64,000 nucleotides of DNA, from assembly GCA_031835245.2 (NCBI GenBank), contig JAVKOQ020000103.1, positions 62,001 to 126,000 on the forward strand. Reading direction: 5' to 3'. The number at the start of each line of letters is the position of its first letter. The stretch's first letter is position 1. The notes below the pieces were generated by a model that saw only the letters and a list, made by a program, of their open reading frames with translations, searched no databases and was not told the DNA's origin. The position numbers and the translations under genes were made by a program. Shown here piece after piece: positions 62,908 to 64,000 of this stretch. The stretch is from Balamuthia mandrillaris (taxonomy: Eukaryota).

Positions 62908-62997
62908 CAAAAATTGTTTTTGTTTGCGGCTTTTTATGTTATCGCTTGCGCAATATGAATGACAAAGAACGAAGGAAATGGATGGGCAACTAAGAGC

Positions 62998-63115
62998 CTA
63001 GTAATCATGGAGGAGGCCCATCGTTGCAGCAACCCTTCGTCGCACATCCGCATCTTTTTGCCGGAGAAGAGCCACGAGAGCTTTGTTTTGAGGCAGCAGA
63101 TTAAGATGGACAGTC

Positions 63116-63176
<61 letters not shown>

Positions 63177-64000
63177 AAAATTCAGAAGCGGAGAGAGATA
63201 CCTTGGGTTATCATTCCTACGTTCAACATTCGTCTCTTTTCTTTGGGAAGCTGGCCCAGGAGAGCGCCAACAAAGGTAGCAGCACTGCCACGCAGCTGCG
63301 TCCAATGGCTCTTGAAAAATTCAATGGAAGTCATGATATAGTAGTTCATTCGCTCAGGGTAATCTTGTATCTGTGTCACACCATCCCACACCATCAATAA
63401 AAAGGAGAAATAGAAAACAAACAAAGAATACAATAACGTACCAGTAGCTTGGCAAACTCCATCAAAAACTCGTCATAGTTAAGCTGGCTGCCGGGGTCCA
63501 ATGCGCTGTGATTCATGAATTCTTCAATGTCAGAAGCGCGCATGAGCTTGCTGTGACGTCGGATTGTTTTCTTGCACGCCTATTGGTTTTGTTGGAATGA
63601 AGCATAAGAACAAGGAAGAATAAAAGTGTAAAAAAGGAAAAGGACATAAGTCACCTCAACCACAGCATTGCAGGGGTCATTCATGTGCAACACAAGAGAT
63701 GGTAGGTAATGGTGAATTTGTTCGAAGAAAGGATCCACAGCGGTGCTGTACTGACCAAAGCGGGAGAGGGTGCCAAAAAGTGTAAATGCACTGCTGCGAA
63801 TCTCGTCCTTTGGCTTATGGTTGAAAAAGAATCATGTCAGGTAAATGGAATACGACTCATTTTTACGTAAAAACTCTTACATTTTCAAAGGCTGGACGTA
63901 TTCTTTGACAAAGGTTAACAAGAATAGGTGCAACCCTTCCTTCATCGATCAATTCAAAGACCTTTGTTGGCGATATATTGAAAGTTAGTGGAAGCACTAA
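62998..64000 (-). CDS. MROH1: Maestro HEAT-like repeat protein (MROH1-like), 3' end
   Basis: RIRPAFE, EIRSSAFTLFGTL, LPSLVLHMNDP, LNYDEFL, FFKSHWTQLRGSAATFVG, ends MGLLHDY-stop. Gene runs off the window. Confidence 0.85.

Overview
Gene-dense, intron-rich eukaryotic DNA using the standard code and GT-AG introns that are often filled with CT-type microsatellites. Gene content and intron style suggest a free-living amoebozoan (inference only). Positions 1-22.7 kb hold an array of six Frizzled/Smoothened-like GPCR genes (signal peptide, cysteine-rich domain (CRD), 7TM). Copy 2 carries an apparently intact 4.9 kb non-LTR retrotransposon (ORF1 plus APE-RT-CCHC ORF2). Its 14-bp target-site duplication copies the host 3' splice acceptor, so the element could be spliced out as part of an intron. 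Copy 4 lost its last exon to a foreign segment that begins with a 31-bp-periodic motif array. The rest of the window is tightly packed genes: PIGG, an F-box/RhoGEF, ELOF1, tRNA-His, DBP5, a beta-propeller, an unusual EF-hand/importin-alpha-like ARM/PB1/NCS-EF-hand fusion, bL35m-like, KGD4/MRPS36, YAF9, a LIM protein, AKTIP, DEPDC5/IML1 and the 3' end of MROH1. All gene models were spliced by eye and no database searches were run.
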